The notes below the pieces were generated by a model. It ran no database searches. It saw nothing but the letters and a program-made list of their open reading frames with translations, and was not told where the DNA came from. A DNA stretch of 64,000 bases, taken from NCBI RefSeq assembly GCF_038025025.1, contig NW_027117353.1, positions 62,001 to 126,000 on the forward strand. Direction: 5' to 3'. This document shows positions 46,509 through 58,800 of the stretch, in pieces. Position 1 is the stretch's first letter; each line of letters begins with the position of its first letter. This DNA is from Phyllosticta citribraziliensis (Eukaryota). The position numbers and the translations under genes were made by a program.

Positions 46509-49500
46509 GTCCATTGCCGAAGTAAGTTGGTGGTGTCCATTCTTCTCTTGGGCTTTGCACTCTGTGTTTGGTTTTGTGCTGCTTGCTTGCTTGCGTTGTT
46601 GGACTCATTTCCGGGCGTTGACAAAGCGAAAGCGCAGTGCAGCAGAGAGCGAGTTTGCTGTGGTTTTATTCGTAAGCAGCCTTTTTGACCTGCCTTTTTT
46701 CCTTTCTGCTGCGCCCTCCTCCTCGACCCTCTGTACCTTATCCCTCCCTTTCATGACGAGGTGTCTGCTCGTGCGTCTCTTCGTGTCTGGATCAACAGTC
46801 GTTTTGGATTGTACAGGAGGTGGAAGGACGAGCGCAGGAGAGAAGCGCGGCCCGGTCTTGGAAAGTGACTGGATAGTGGTCGCGCAGGCGACGACGGATC
46901 TTTGATTCTCTTTTCCCTGTTTCTTTTTCTCTGGTTTTCGATGGGCATGAATAGTGGACGAAGAGAAGAGACAGATGTCGTTCACACGCAAACACTTGAG
47001 AAATGTCTATCCTCGTTCGAACTTTCTGCGCCTACCTCAACCTCACCCTTTCACTTCAGAAAAACACCATCAGGCAGTCAGTCCCATCCACCCACCCATA
47101 CTTCGTTCCCTTACTTTCGACCAGCCTCATCTCATCTCGTCTCGTCTCCAACACAGCCTCACCGCACCCAAGCCCGCACCCAAGCCCAAGCCCAGGCCCA
47201 AGGAAGCCACGTCGCCGAGCCGCATCCAAATTTACGTCTTTCTCCTTCCATCGATTCATAGTCCCAACTCTATGTACACATATATATGCAGCCGAGACCC
47301 AGCAGCCTTTGCCTTGGGCGTGGTAGAAAGAAGAAAACCCAAGCGCCCAAGCGCGAGTAAAACTCAAGTCGTCTGGGGACCCGCCGCCGCCAGCCGCCAG
47401 CAGCCGTCCCTGGCGCGTTGACTGACTCTATGTACTGAAGTGTAGATAGGTACCGTGCTGTTCCTGCTTGTAAGATAGGTACGTAGGTAGTTCCATGGGT
47501 AGGTGAGGCGCAGGTACCCGCCCCCTATTTTCCTTGCTGATGTTATTCTTGTCATCGTTCCTGTGCTTTTTTTGAGGTTCTGGGCGACTGCTGCTCCGCC
47601 TCTGTCCAGCACAGCCTGTACATTTGGCTTGTTTCTCGCGTATGGACGGTGCGGGCGGGAGAAGTTTGTTTGCGCGTCACGACCTCGCTGCATCGCTGCG
47701 TCAAGCGTCAACACCACAACACCTGCACGCAAGCAAGCAAATGGGGTTTTCGGTGGCCAACGTGCCTTGGCGCCCCGCCTGTACTTGCCACATGTGTTCG
47801 GAGATCGGAAAGGGCTGAGCTGGGCGCTGCGGCGCGGCTGCGGTGGCTAAGGTAATGCGGCGACTCGAGATAGATCTCAAGTGCGTTAAGCTCGAGGAAA
47901 TCGTTTTGCAAAAAGGCCACCAGTCGATCCGACAAGGACAAAACCTACGGCGCCTACAGTGTGCGCGGATAATTTATGTTGCTTTGGGCTTATCACGCTT
48001 TTCGATGTGCTCTAGAGATGTTTGGTCTGTGCATCGCGTTTGGCTGTTTGGCTGGAATGCTGTCGGAAGTCTTGAGAGTGGTTGTATGTTTACTGAACTG
48101 ATGCAGGGGAAGGGGGGCGTGATAGGAGAGGAAAGATGGGGTGAGTTTTTAGAGCGTTCGTCTCGAGTGGGCGGAAACGTTACAGCCAGAGCGTGGTGCC
48201 AATTAAGCTTTTTTCACACTTTCCCCCTTCACATTGGCCCCTGTTGGTGTGCCCATCTCATGTCCCCGCCCATCTCACGTACCGATACACAGTGTAGTCT
48301 GCCTTGCCTACGCGCCTACAGCGCCTGCTCTAATCTTGACCGACTACCAGTAACTTTTACCAGCACGTAGATATCCACTGCAGTCGGCCAATTCCCATAA
48401 CCGCAGAAGCAAAGCAGCACACGCCACCGCGCTCTACCCCGAGCCCTACGCAGCCACCAGCCATGCGGTCATCTCATCTCACCTCAAAGACAGGTAAGAG
48501 CAATCGTGCTTGTGTGTGTGCCCGGCATGGCTATCAGCTCCACCCACTCGTCTCCCCTGACTGCACCAATTTACCCACTTTACTTTCCCGCCGACAAACC
48601 CACCTTAGCCTAGGTACCCCATCCACACCCCGGGCCGGAACGTCGGTATCTACACCACCCGCCCACCCATTCGAGCGGATCGCAGACACACGATGAACGG
48701 TTTGCCCTGGATCGCGGGAGCAGTGATTACTCACGCATCGTCTCCGCGGGCTGCCGGTTAGATTTTTGTTTCTCTCTCTTCGTCTAGGTAATTGTTGTTT
48801 CATTGCTGCTGCTGTATCGGCAGTGTTGTGAGGTCACCTACTGCGGTCAGGCTCATTTCACGGGTCCGGTGCATTGGGATGGGATGGGATGGTCGATGAC
48901 GTGCTTGCGGACGGGTATGTTGAGAGTGCGGTTTTCTTGGAATTGAAATTGTTCCTGCTTTTGCTTTCATGCCGGGTGGTGAGGTTTGATGGGATGGTTG
49001 AGGCATGACGTCACTGTTTTTGTCGCGCGCTGTGAGAGCACACACATGGCACCGCCAGCTCCTGCGTGCCAGACTGTAATTCCGTGCCATTGCAGCAGGA
49101 AGAGCAACTGTGGATCAACGTTGCGCTAATCCTTCAATGTTCAGGTATTTCATACGTACAAACGGTGACCATCTCTCGCCATCATTCGCCGGGCTGAGTG
49201 GAGAGACAGACAGCTGGAGAGAGTGGGGCGGGGGCGCCTGGCCCGGGTGTCACAAAAGCCAAGAAGGTTGTTTTAAGGTTGTTTTTGCGGCGCGTGCGGC
49301 GAGATAATTTGTGGGTCGCGAGGCCAATCACGTCAGTCTGTCATGCACCAGCGCCGTGTGTTGGAAGCAACAACGATGGCAAGGAGGATGGGGAGGTTCT
49401 GGGGAGGTTGGATCCCGAGTGGCAGGGCGTGGCCATTGGTAGACGGAGAAGCAAGTTGCGACCTCCTCGTCGTGATTGAGAGGCCGAAGACAAGCCACGG

Positions 49501-51669
49501 CTGGGTGCATTGTTTTTGGATGTCGTGCCTGGCAAGCCAGCAGCCCGCCAGCTCTCAGGCACGCCAGGAGGGAGGCAGTGCAGGTGTTCCCGCCTGTCAA
49601 GAAGCGAGGGGGGCGCCCGTTCCGCGCTTGACGCTTCTCGAACGCCCGTCGATGGGTCGGGACGGGCGCGGGCGTTGATCGTCATAGCGGGGGCATGCTG
49701 TTGGGGATGGCAGGGAGAAAGGGGGCCGACCAAAAACAGACGATGCGCGCGGATCCCCCGACCGACGCAGACCACCGCTTGATGGTTGGCGGGAGCACAG
49801 CATGAGCCGCGATGCGGAGGCGGATGGAGAAGAAGAAGATGGGGCCAGGCATTTATTACTTTTGTTGCGGGTTGAAGAGTTGAGGCTCTGCCGGGTACCG
49901 TGGCGCACACTGGGGTCTTGGGGAAATGTTTGATCAAAGGTGAACTGTCAGGGCGGAGTGGTTGGTGGTTGGTTGACTGGACTTTTCTGTTCTGTTTCCT
50001 GTCTCGAGCGCAGGAGCAGCAAATGTGGATCCCCCGGTCAGTCCACATTTTGTTTCACCCCTAACGTTAACCTTGATCTGGTGGTTATTGCTGGCGCTCT
50101 GCTCCTTCTTGAGGGAAGACTTGCGAAGACTTGCAAAGCGCTTGGGTTGGCTTGCCCAGACGGCACAGCAGCAGAGGGTCAGCACCTCGTTTCCCGCATT
50201 GGTTTCGTGGCCGACGCCACTTCGGGAGCGTTTCTTGTGGCGTAGGCCTAACCGCCGTCCAAGCTCCACCCAGTCCGACCACACGTTCCGTACAGAAACA
50301 CGAACCCAAAGAGACTTTCTCCGTCGCTCCGTCTCAGCCTCAAGGCAGCCGAGGCAAATGTCATTGACGACATGCAGCGGTCTACTCGGATACTTAGCAG
50401 AGGATTGCAGCGCCTAACAGAACCAATGCACGCCGTTACTGGTGCTCTTGCGCCCGCAGCCGCGTCGTTGCCATTGACGGTGGCCGGTTGCAAACGACGG
50501 CCATGCTGTGGTGGTGTAGCGGTTGGACAGCAACCTGGCACTGGCGGTTTCAAATTTGACTTTTCCAAGATTTCGCAAACGCCCCGAGCAGCCAGACCGA
50601 CGAGACAAGGCAAAAAGGCTCGCATGGGAAATTCGGATCCATGGCAGGCTTTACGAGCTGCAGCTGGTGATTGGCTTGGGGTTTGAAATGACGATGAATA
50701 AACAGCAGTGTCCTTGTGGGCATGGCGGTGTAAGGCAACAACATGCACGGCGGCTGGACCTTTTGTCAATCATGACAGCGGAGGGGCTTCCTAGAGCAAC
50801 GGGTGGATTTGGATCGGCCCGCTGCTGGAGCGTCGTCTGGAGACTTGGACAGCACGGCGACTGGGAAGAGACGGCGTGGCTGGGTGTGGATGCGAGAAGG
50901 AGTGGGTAAGGTACATGTAGGTGTGGAACAAAAATAGCACACGGGGTCTCTCCACTCGGCCCCGGTCAAGCTAAGCTGCTGTACAGTCCAGCTGGAGTTC
51001 GTGTTGAAGCTTGGCGTGCTTGGAGTGCTTGGAGTGCTAGCAACCATGCACGTCGTTCAATGGTGTCGCTGCAGACGAGCCGTAGGTAGTTATAGTCGCC
51101 ATGGTTTTCAGAGGTGGCAGAGGGACAATTGTCAGGCCGTCAGAGGCCGTATTGGGTCGCTGGGGAGCCCTGGCGAGCAGGCCAACGGGCGTCTGAGATT
51201 GAGCAAATGACATCGTTTGGTTTCATGAGTGGTGGTGGTGGTGACTTGTGCGCCGGGGGCCCCTCCTTCGATCGACAGAGTGCAACTGCGACTGCAAACC
51301 AAACCTTCAGCCTACTGGACTGGCACCTGGCACCTTGCCTTTCTGCCATCCCTGCCTCTGCCTCTGCCTCTGCCTGCATGTGTGTGCCCTGTCTGCTCTC
51401 CTTTTCCTGCCCTACAAAGCCCGTGGCCAGCCCCTCCCACCCGCCTTTCCTCTCGCCCGTCTACACTCAGTCCCGTCTGCCAACCTCCTCCTTCCTCCAC
51501 ACAGCTTGACCGTCAACTAATTCCGTTGCTTCTTCTCTGGGAAGTCTCTCACTCTTTTGAGCTCCCTTCTCTTTACAATCAACCATCTCCTTCGACTCCT
51601 TCGCTCGCTGGCTCTCCATCTCGACGACTCGTCAACCTCGTATCTCCCCTTCTTCCATCTTCACCCACA

Positions 51670-53025
51670 ATGAAGTTTGGCACCACTCTCCTCGGTGCCG
51701 CCTTAGCGGCTGCTCCGGCCCTTGCCACCCAGACTGGAAACAACAAGCTCCCCGCCGTCACCGTCAAGGGCAATGCTTTCTTTGCTGGCGATGTGCGCTT
51801 CTACGTCCGTGGAATCGATTACCAGCCCGGTGGTTCTTCCAACCTCGACGACCCGCTCGCCAACCCAGACAATTGCAAGCGTGATGTCAAGTATTTCAAG
51901 GAATTGGGCGTCAACGTGGTTCGCATCTACACTGTCGACAACTCCAAGACTCACGATGAGTGCATGAACGAGCTGGCCGACGCTGGAATTTACCTGGCCC
52001 TCGACGTCAACACCCCCAAATACTCCATCAACCGCGCCGAGCCCAAGGCGTCTTACAACGATGTTTACCTCCAGAACGTTTTTGCGACCATTGACGCATT
52101 TGCCAATTACACCAACACCTTGCTCTTCTTCTCCGGCAATGAGGTCATCAACGACGAGCAGAGCACTGGGTCTGCTCCCTACGTCAAGGCTGTCACCCGT
52201 GACATGAAGCAGTACATTGGTTCCATGGGCTACCGTCCGATTCCCTGCGGTTACTCCGCTGCCGACGTCGAGTCCAACCGCTACGAGACTGCGACCTACA
52301 TGAACTGTGGCACCGACGACGAGCGATCCGACTTCTTCGCCTTCAACGACTATTCTTGGTGCAACCCCTCTTCGTTTACCCAGTCTGGTTGGGATGCCAA
52401 GGTCAAGCAATACGGCGAATACTCTATTCCCCTTTTCCTCTCCGAGTACGGTTGCAACAAGGGTACGCGTACTTTCGAAGAGGTGAGGTCGCTGTACGGC
52501 ACCGATATGATCTCGGTCTACTCCGGCGGTCTTGTGTACGAGTGGTCCGAAGAGGGCAACAAGTACGGTCTTGTCGAAATTGAGGGCGACCAGGTCAACC
52601 CCAAGCCCGACTACCAGGCCTTGAAGGATGCTCTGGCCAGGACCCCGCCACCCGAGGGAGACGGCGGCTATAAGCCCAACGGCCCTCCTTCGCAGTGCCC
52701 CAAGAAGTCCAACACCTGGGATGTTGACACGGACGCTCTGCCCGCCATTCCGGAACCGGCCAAGAAGTACATGTCCGAGGGTGCTGGTACGCCCAAGGGT
52801 CTCGATGGCCCCGGCTCTCAGAACGCTGGCACCGAGTCGAAGGGCACCGCTACCGCTGGCTCCGGCAAGGTTACCGCGACAGCTTCTGGCAAGGGCGCTG
52901 GTGCGACTGGTGGCAAGAAGACCGGCGCCGCTGCTGCTGTCCCCATCCCCAGCTTGGAGACTACTCCTTTCATCTTCAGTCTGGTCGTCCTCGTCTCGAC
53001 CTTTTTGGGCGCCGCCTTGCACTAA
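51670..53025 (+). CDS. GH72 beta-1,3-glucanosyltransferase (Gel1/Gas5-like, no X8 domain), GPI-anchored, intronless
   Basis: Signal peptide MKFGTTLLGAALAAAPALA; RFYVRGIDYQPGG, FFSGNEVIN (acid/base Glu), FNDYSWC, LFLSEYGC (nucleophile Glu) and YSGGLVYE; hydrophobic GPI signal at the C-terminus. Confidence 0.95.
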   Translation: MKFGTTLLGAALAAAPALATQTGNNKLPAVTVKGNAFFAGDVRFYVRGIDYQPGGSSNLDDPLANPDNCKRDVKYFKELGVNVVRIYTVDNSKTHDECMNELADAGIYLALDVNTPKYSINRAEPKASYNDVYLQNVFATIDAFANYTNTLLFFSGNEVINDEQSTGSAPYVKAVTRDMKQYIGSMGYRPIPCGYSAADVESNRYETATYMNCGTDDERSDFFAFNDYSWCNPSSFTQSGWDAKVKQYGEYSIPLFLSEYGCNKGTRTFEEVRSLYGTDMISVYSGGLVYEWSEEGNKYGLVEIEGDQVNPKPDYQALKDALARTPPPEGDGGYKPNGPPSQCPKKSNTWDVDTDALPAIPEPAKKYMSEGAGTPKGLDGPGSQNAGTESKGTATAGSGKVTATASGKGAGATGGKKTGAAAAVPIPSLETTPFIFSLVVLVSTFLGAALH

Positions 53026-53594
53026 GAAGCAGAGCCCACTTTCCAGATTTCTTCTTCCTCCCCTTCCTGTTCTTATACGATAATTGTTCATTCGGCGGCC
53101 GGTATTTTGTCCGGCATGGGCTTTGCATGGAAGGTTGATAATGCTTTTTTTGCTTCTTATGGATGGTACTAGAGTTAGGGTCTGATACGATTCGGCGTAG
53201 TAACCCTTGACTATGCTCGTGGGGAAAAGTGAAGCGGATGGGCGAGCAATAAGACGAGCTTTATGAAATACACTTACCAAGAAGAAAGACGAGGTTCAAT
53301 GTGCCTGGTTCGCAACGCCAAACGACGATGAAATACAAGTGTGCCCCAGCGTCAACATGTCTCGGCGCCCAGACCGATTTCGAGGGGCTCCGGCTGATCA
53401 CTGCGGAATAGAGCTGCGGCCTGCAATTGGACACCGCCGTTACGTTCCTATCGATAAGCGAAAAGAAAGTCGCGGTGACGGCATCCGCATTTCTTTCGCT
53501 TCAGTCTGGTACCGTCAGTCCACGCCGCGAGACAAGCTACCTCTTCTTGCGCCGGCCCTCAACACAAAGCCTACCTCGACACCTGGTCACCGCA

Positions 53595-55393
53595 ATGCCT
53601 CGCGATCCATTGATTGGCCTTGTTGGCAAGCCGTCGTCGGGAAAGTCGACCACGCTCAACAGGTGCGCCAAGCTAATTCCCTCGACTACCACACCTTGCT
53701 GAATCGATGCGCGCCAGCTTGACAGACGCGACCTCGAAAGTTGGTACGTGTCACGCCGTTATAATATACAGTCCCTCAAGCCCTACTAACTGCGCTCTTC
53801 AGGAAACTTCCCGTAAGCCGCCCCACCACGTCATCGTACCATCGAACCACCACCCGCGGCCACCGCTCCAACCCGCGACCAACTCGCGAAATGTGACGCT
53901 GAGTCTGTTGACCAGGTTCACCACCATCGACCCGCAGCGCGCAATCGGATACCTTCAAATCGAGTGCGCATGCGCGCGCTTCGACCTGCAGGACAAATGC
54001 AAACCCAACTACGGCGGCTGCACGGACGGTCGGCGATCAGTGCCGATTGAGCTGCTGGACGTGGCAGGTCTCGTTCCAGGCGCACACGAGGGCAAGGGGC
54101 TGGGAAACCGCTTTTTGGACGACCTGAGACATGCGGATGCGCTGGTGCACGTGGTCGATGTTAGTGGCGCGACAGACGCCGAGGGTGAGTGAGGCGCGGT
54201 CCCCGAGTTGGCGGGATGAGGAGCTGGCGGTAGAAAATGAAGAGAAACCGTTTTTTTGGGAGCACGTCGTTTGCTGACTGGGCGGCTCAGGCAAGGCAAC
54301 ACGAGGTTATGATCCTTCACAAGACATTGCATGGCTGCGCTCTGAGATTGTGCGCTGGGTGCAGGGAAACTTGATGGAGAAATGGTATGCTTCGCACTCT
54401 TGTTGATGGTTCAAGAACTCACAGTCTCTCCAGGGGTTCAATCAGACGACGGCACGTCGCCGTAAGTGAGTTCCAACCAACTTCTCGCCGCTTTCAGAGT
54501 GTAGATGCTGACCTCGCCACAGAGGCCAACGCTGTTGAGACGCTCCAAACGCAATTCTCTGGTTACGGCAGTACTTCTACCGTTGTCGCCCGCTGCCTCG
54601 ACCGTCTACAGTTGAAGGAACCTTTGGAGCACTGGTCCAACGAGACGATAGAAAAGGTCGTCAACGCCTTCATCGACGAAAAGTTCCCTACCGTCATTGC
54701 CCTGAACAAAATAGACCATCCAGATGCTGACAAGGTTGGTCCTCGCTGCCTCACGACCTCCGCGAACGAATAATTGACTATCCTAGAACATTGCCAAAAT
54801 CACCAAGATCCACGACCCACAAACCATTGTCCTCTGCTCCGCCGTCAGTGAGGTTTTCCTGCGGCGCCTTGCCAAGCAAGGCTTCATCAGATACACCGAA
54901 GGCAGCGAGTTTGTCGACACGCGCGAGGACCTGCTGGAAGCGGGCGAGCCCGACGGCGGGGGCCTTTTGGAGATGGACGAGAAGCTTAAGCAACGCATCG
55001 AGAATCTCAAGGACATGGTGCTGTACCGCTTCGGCAGCACGGGTGTCGTCCAGGTGCTGACCCGTGCCGCTGAGCTGCTAGGACTGGTACCCGTCTTCCC
55101 CGTCCGCACCATCCACGGCTTTGGCGCCGGCGGCTCCGGTGCTGCTACCCAGGCCGTCTTTCGCGATTGCGTCCTCGTCAAGAAGGGCAGTACCGTTGGT
55201 GATGTGTATAGAAAGGTCATGGGCGATGCACCGCTGGCGTTTGCCGAGACGGTTGGTGGCGTGCGTGTAGGCGAAGATGATTTGGTTGCTGTGGGCAAGA
55301 ACGATGTGAGTTCACCGTTATTTCTCGCCCTCTTCGCGATGAAGTTGACATTTATATGTACAGGTTCTCTCCTTCAAGGTCGGCAAGGCATGA
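53595..55393 (+). CDS. OBG-family GTP-binding protein, YGR210C-like; about 8 introns including a 10-nt microexon 53803-53812
   Basis: [16 protein letters not shown] (G1), VGNFPFTTIDP (G2), [31 protein letters not shown] (G3), ALNKID (G4) and CSAVSE. Confidence 0.9.
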
Positions 55394-55897
55394 TTGGCGG
55401 AGCTGGTGTCTTTGGTAGTTGTCTGCCACTTATGGCGGTAGATATTGGAAAAACCCCATCTGCATTCTCCCTACCTATCCTCTTACATACTCTTCTACTA
55501 CCTATAGACCCTTCAGACTCTACTTGCATATTTCGAATCTTCTGCATTCAACAACAATCTCTCTCACATATTCGGGAATTTATTTCAAAATCGCCCTTTC
55601 CCTTCCTCCCCGTTCTTCAATCAACCCTCTTTCTAAACGGTGCTAACGACCGCCAGCCAGTCATCTCGGCTTTCTTCGACCAAAACTTGTTGCGCTTTGT
55701 TATGGAGACTTGCCAAGACTGCTTAGAGAGCCAACGGGGACAAAGTTTTGTTTGATCATTATCGATTCAGAATCACAAAACAAGCCTACATCGTCAACAT
55801 GAGAAGAACCACGAACGCTTGAACACAAGAAGGAAGGAAAAGCTACAACGTCAAACAGACAGAACATTCGGCCATCATCTCTCTACCCGTCAATCAA

Positions 55898-58800
55898 TCA
55901 AGCCTCGACCGCCACAACGACCGGCAGCCCATCCTCAACGTCCATATCCATCATTATCTCACCATCGCCAACCTTCCCTCGTCCGCCCGTGGCTTCCCAT
56001 AGCTCACTCAGCTTCGCCCTTGCCTCCTCCAACGGCGTCGTCTCTTCAGCAACAACCAACTCCAACGTCGCCACGACAAGCTTCGCTATTTCATCTACGA
56101 CACAGCCGTCGAACATGGCCTCGTCGTACTCCAGGTCCAACGCCAGCTGCCCGCCACACGGCGACTCGGTGAACTCAAACATGAGCGGGTACTTCGCGCC
56201 GCGCGCGTGGGCGTGCAGGAGGACCGTCTGCGTCTGCGTTGCGCCGTCTGCGGCCAGATCAGCCTGGATGCCAGAGTCTTCGGATTGCGAGGAGGGCAGC
56301 GCGAAGTGCGGGACGCGTGTGCTCGTTTCGTGCGCCGTGTGGTATGTCACCATGCTGTCGAAGAGCGGGGGGAAGGTGTGCGTGGAGACAGAGGTAGAGG
56401 GAGAGGCAGAGACGGCGCGCGCAACGTCAGCCAGCGGCACATAGTGTGCCAGCGACGCCTGGCTCGATGCCGAAATGGCAGCGAGGAGCGCTGCAACGCT
56501 CGATTTGTCGCTCTCCCCCTTCTCATTCTCAATTCTACCACCTGCAACGGAAGAAAAGGGGATCTTGATTGCGACTCGATCCAGCAGCAACCCGACAATG
56601 TCGCCCGTACCCTCCTCGGCACGATTCGCGTACGGTGCGCCAAGCACGATATCCTCGCCTGCAGGCAGCTTCGTCATCGTTGCCAGCGTCAGCCCGACCG
56701 CAGCCAGCGCGATGCTGTGCGGCGGGACGCGCGAGCGGGTGGCGCGGCGCTTGAGAGCCAAGTGCAGACGCGGCGGGATGGGAACGTGGAGGTAGGACCC
56801 GCGATGCGAGGGCTGCCTTTGCGTGAAAGAGGTGAGCAAGTTGGGTGTCGCAGTGGCAAGGTGCTGCCTCCAGAAAGAGATGGTATTTGCAGGTGCAGGC
56901 AGGTGAGTGGAAAGCCACTTTGTCCAAGTTGCGAAGCGGTCTACTGGTGCTCCTTGAGCGGAAGACGAAAGAGAAGGAGAAGCATAGGATTTGGTGAGTT
57001 GATCCAGCAGCACCGCGAGCGAGGTCGCGTCGCCAACGATGTGGGACATGGTGATGCTGACGACGGTTGAGGTGTCGTTCTCGATGAACAACTTGGCGCG
57101 GATTGGCTGGTCGACAGCGAGGTCGAACGGTGTGTTGATCTCGGCTTGGATCAGAGCGTCGACGTCTTCGCTTGAGGTACAAGTGAGGACTTGCGGTTCC
57201 TCGATTGCGTCAGACAGTACGCGCGCCGGCCTGCCATCCACGATGAAGTAGCGAGAACGCAGAACTGGATGCTTCGACATGACATCCGCAAAAGCTTGTG
57301 CGAAGCGTGCCTGGTCAAAGATGCCGTGGACGCGAAAGACGAACGGCATGTTGAATGCGCCACTGTCCGGTGCCGTCATGTAGGTCTCGAAAAACTCGGC
57401 CTCAAGGGACGAGAGCGGCATGACCGGTTTTGTCTCCACCAGCGGCGCCTTGAGGAACGGAACCACAGACGCATCGGATGTCTCGTGAGCGTTCAAAGCA
57501 TGGTCGTCGAGGGCAGCGGCCAAGTCACGCAGGACGAGATGGCGGATGACAGTCTTGAGCGAGATGCTGCGGCCCAGCGCCTGCGAGAGCTGCTGCGCAA
57601 CTTTGATCTGGAGGAGCGAGTGTCCCCCAACGTCGAAGAAGCTCGAAAGGGCGCCAATCTCAAGGCCGCGGTGTTCGCTGCCGCTCGTCGCCAGAGTCTC
57701 CTGCCATACCTTTGCGACAAGCATCTCCGTGTCCGTCTCCAGCGGCGTCGAGTCCGCCGATCCCACATCAACCTCCAACGCCTCGAGCGCCTTGCGGTTC
57801 ACCTTGTGGTTCTGGTTCAGGGGCAGCTGGTCCTTGAGCACGAAGCGGTTCGGCTGGCAGTAGTACGGCAGACTTGCCTGAACAGCGGCCCTGAGCGCGC
57901 GTACGTCGACATCGATGGGCGTGACGAAGGCAATCAGGCTGTTGGATGACAACACAACGGCCACAGACTCGATCGCGGGATACGCCTTGCGTATCATGGC
58001 TTCCACGTCCAGAATGTCCACCCTGGAGCCGCGCACTTTGACCTGGTTGTCCGTCCGCCCAATCACCTGGAGCTGCATGTCCTCTGTCCACCGACCAATG
58101 TCGCCCGTCCGGTACATGGTCATGGCCAAGTCCGGGTGGAATTGGTCCGGCAAAAACACCTGTTGCGTCTTCGCCGGAAGCTTCAAATAACCGGGAGTAA
58201 CTTGGACCCCGGAGAGCAGGATTTCTCCCGTGCAGCCGACCGGCACTGGCTGGTTGTCTTCGTCCAGCACGTAGCTGGCCATGCGTGGCAGCGGGCGCCC
58301 TGCGTTGATCGGCTCGCCCGCTCTGCAGTACGAGTAGTTGACCGACAGCGTCGCCTCTGCCGGTCCATAGGCGTTGATCAGATGGCGGTCTCTGCCCCAT
58401 TTTTCCACAATCGTTTGCGGCGCCCCTTCGCCGACAAGCGTGATCTGAGGCCTCTAATCAGCTTTCCGTCACGCGAGAACTGGAGAACGCTCCTACTTAC
58501 AACTCGGAGATGGCCGTATGCGTTGTGGTCTAGCGTCCCAAGCATCGACGGCGTGATGAAGGCAGCGTCGGCGATGTGCAAGTGGCCGAGAGGGTCGTTC
58601 TCGTCCTTGAGCACGAAGACGCCGCCGTACAGCAGCGTTGAGAAGATCTCCATAACGCAAATGTCGAAGCCGTACGCGACGACCTGCGCGTTGCGCTGTC
58701 CGGGGACAGTGTGCGCCCTCGCAATGGGGTTTGCCAGGCACGAAAGAATACCCGAGTTCTGGAGTTGGACGCCTGTGCCATGTTAGGGCGTGCTTACGCG

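Noticed and set aside
51229..51669. In-frame 147-codon upstream extension of the GH72 ORF
   Set aside because: It begins at a non-ATG codon in a CT-rich leader, and the ATG at 51670 directly precedes a clean signal peptide.
51703..53280. 525-aa antisense ORF over the GH72 gene (and similar antisense ORFs over NDE1, the PQ-loop gene, FMP27 and the NRPS)
   Set aside because: It is a shadow of strong GC3 codon bias on the sense gene and has no independent motifs.
55306..55755. Long hydrophobic C-terminal extension of the OBG GTPase
   Set aside because: It arises from reading through the last intron into a pyrimidine-rich 3' UTR; splicing gives the normal end VLSFKVGKA*.
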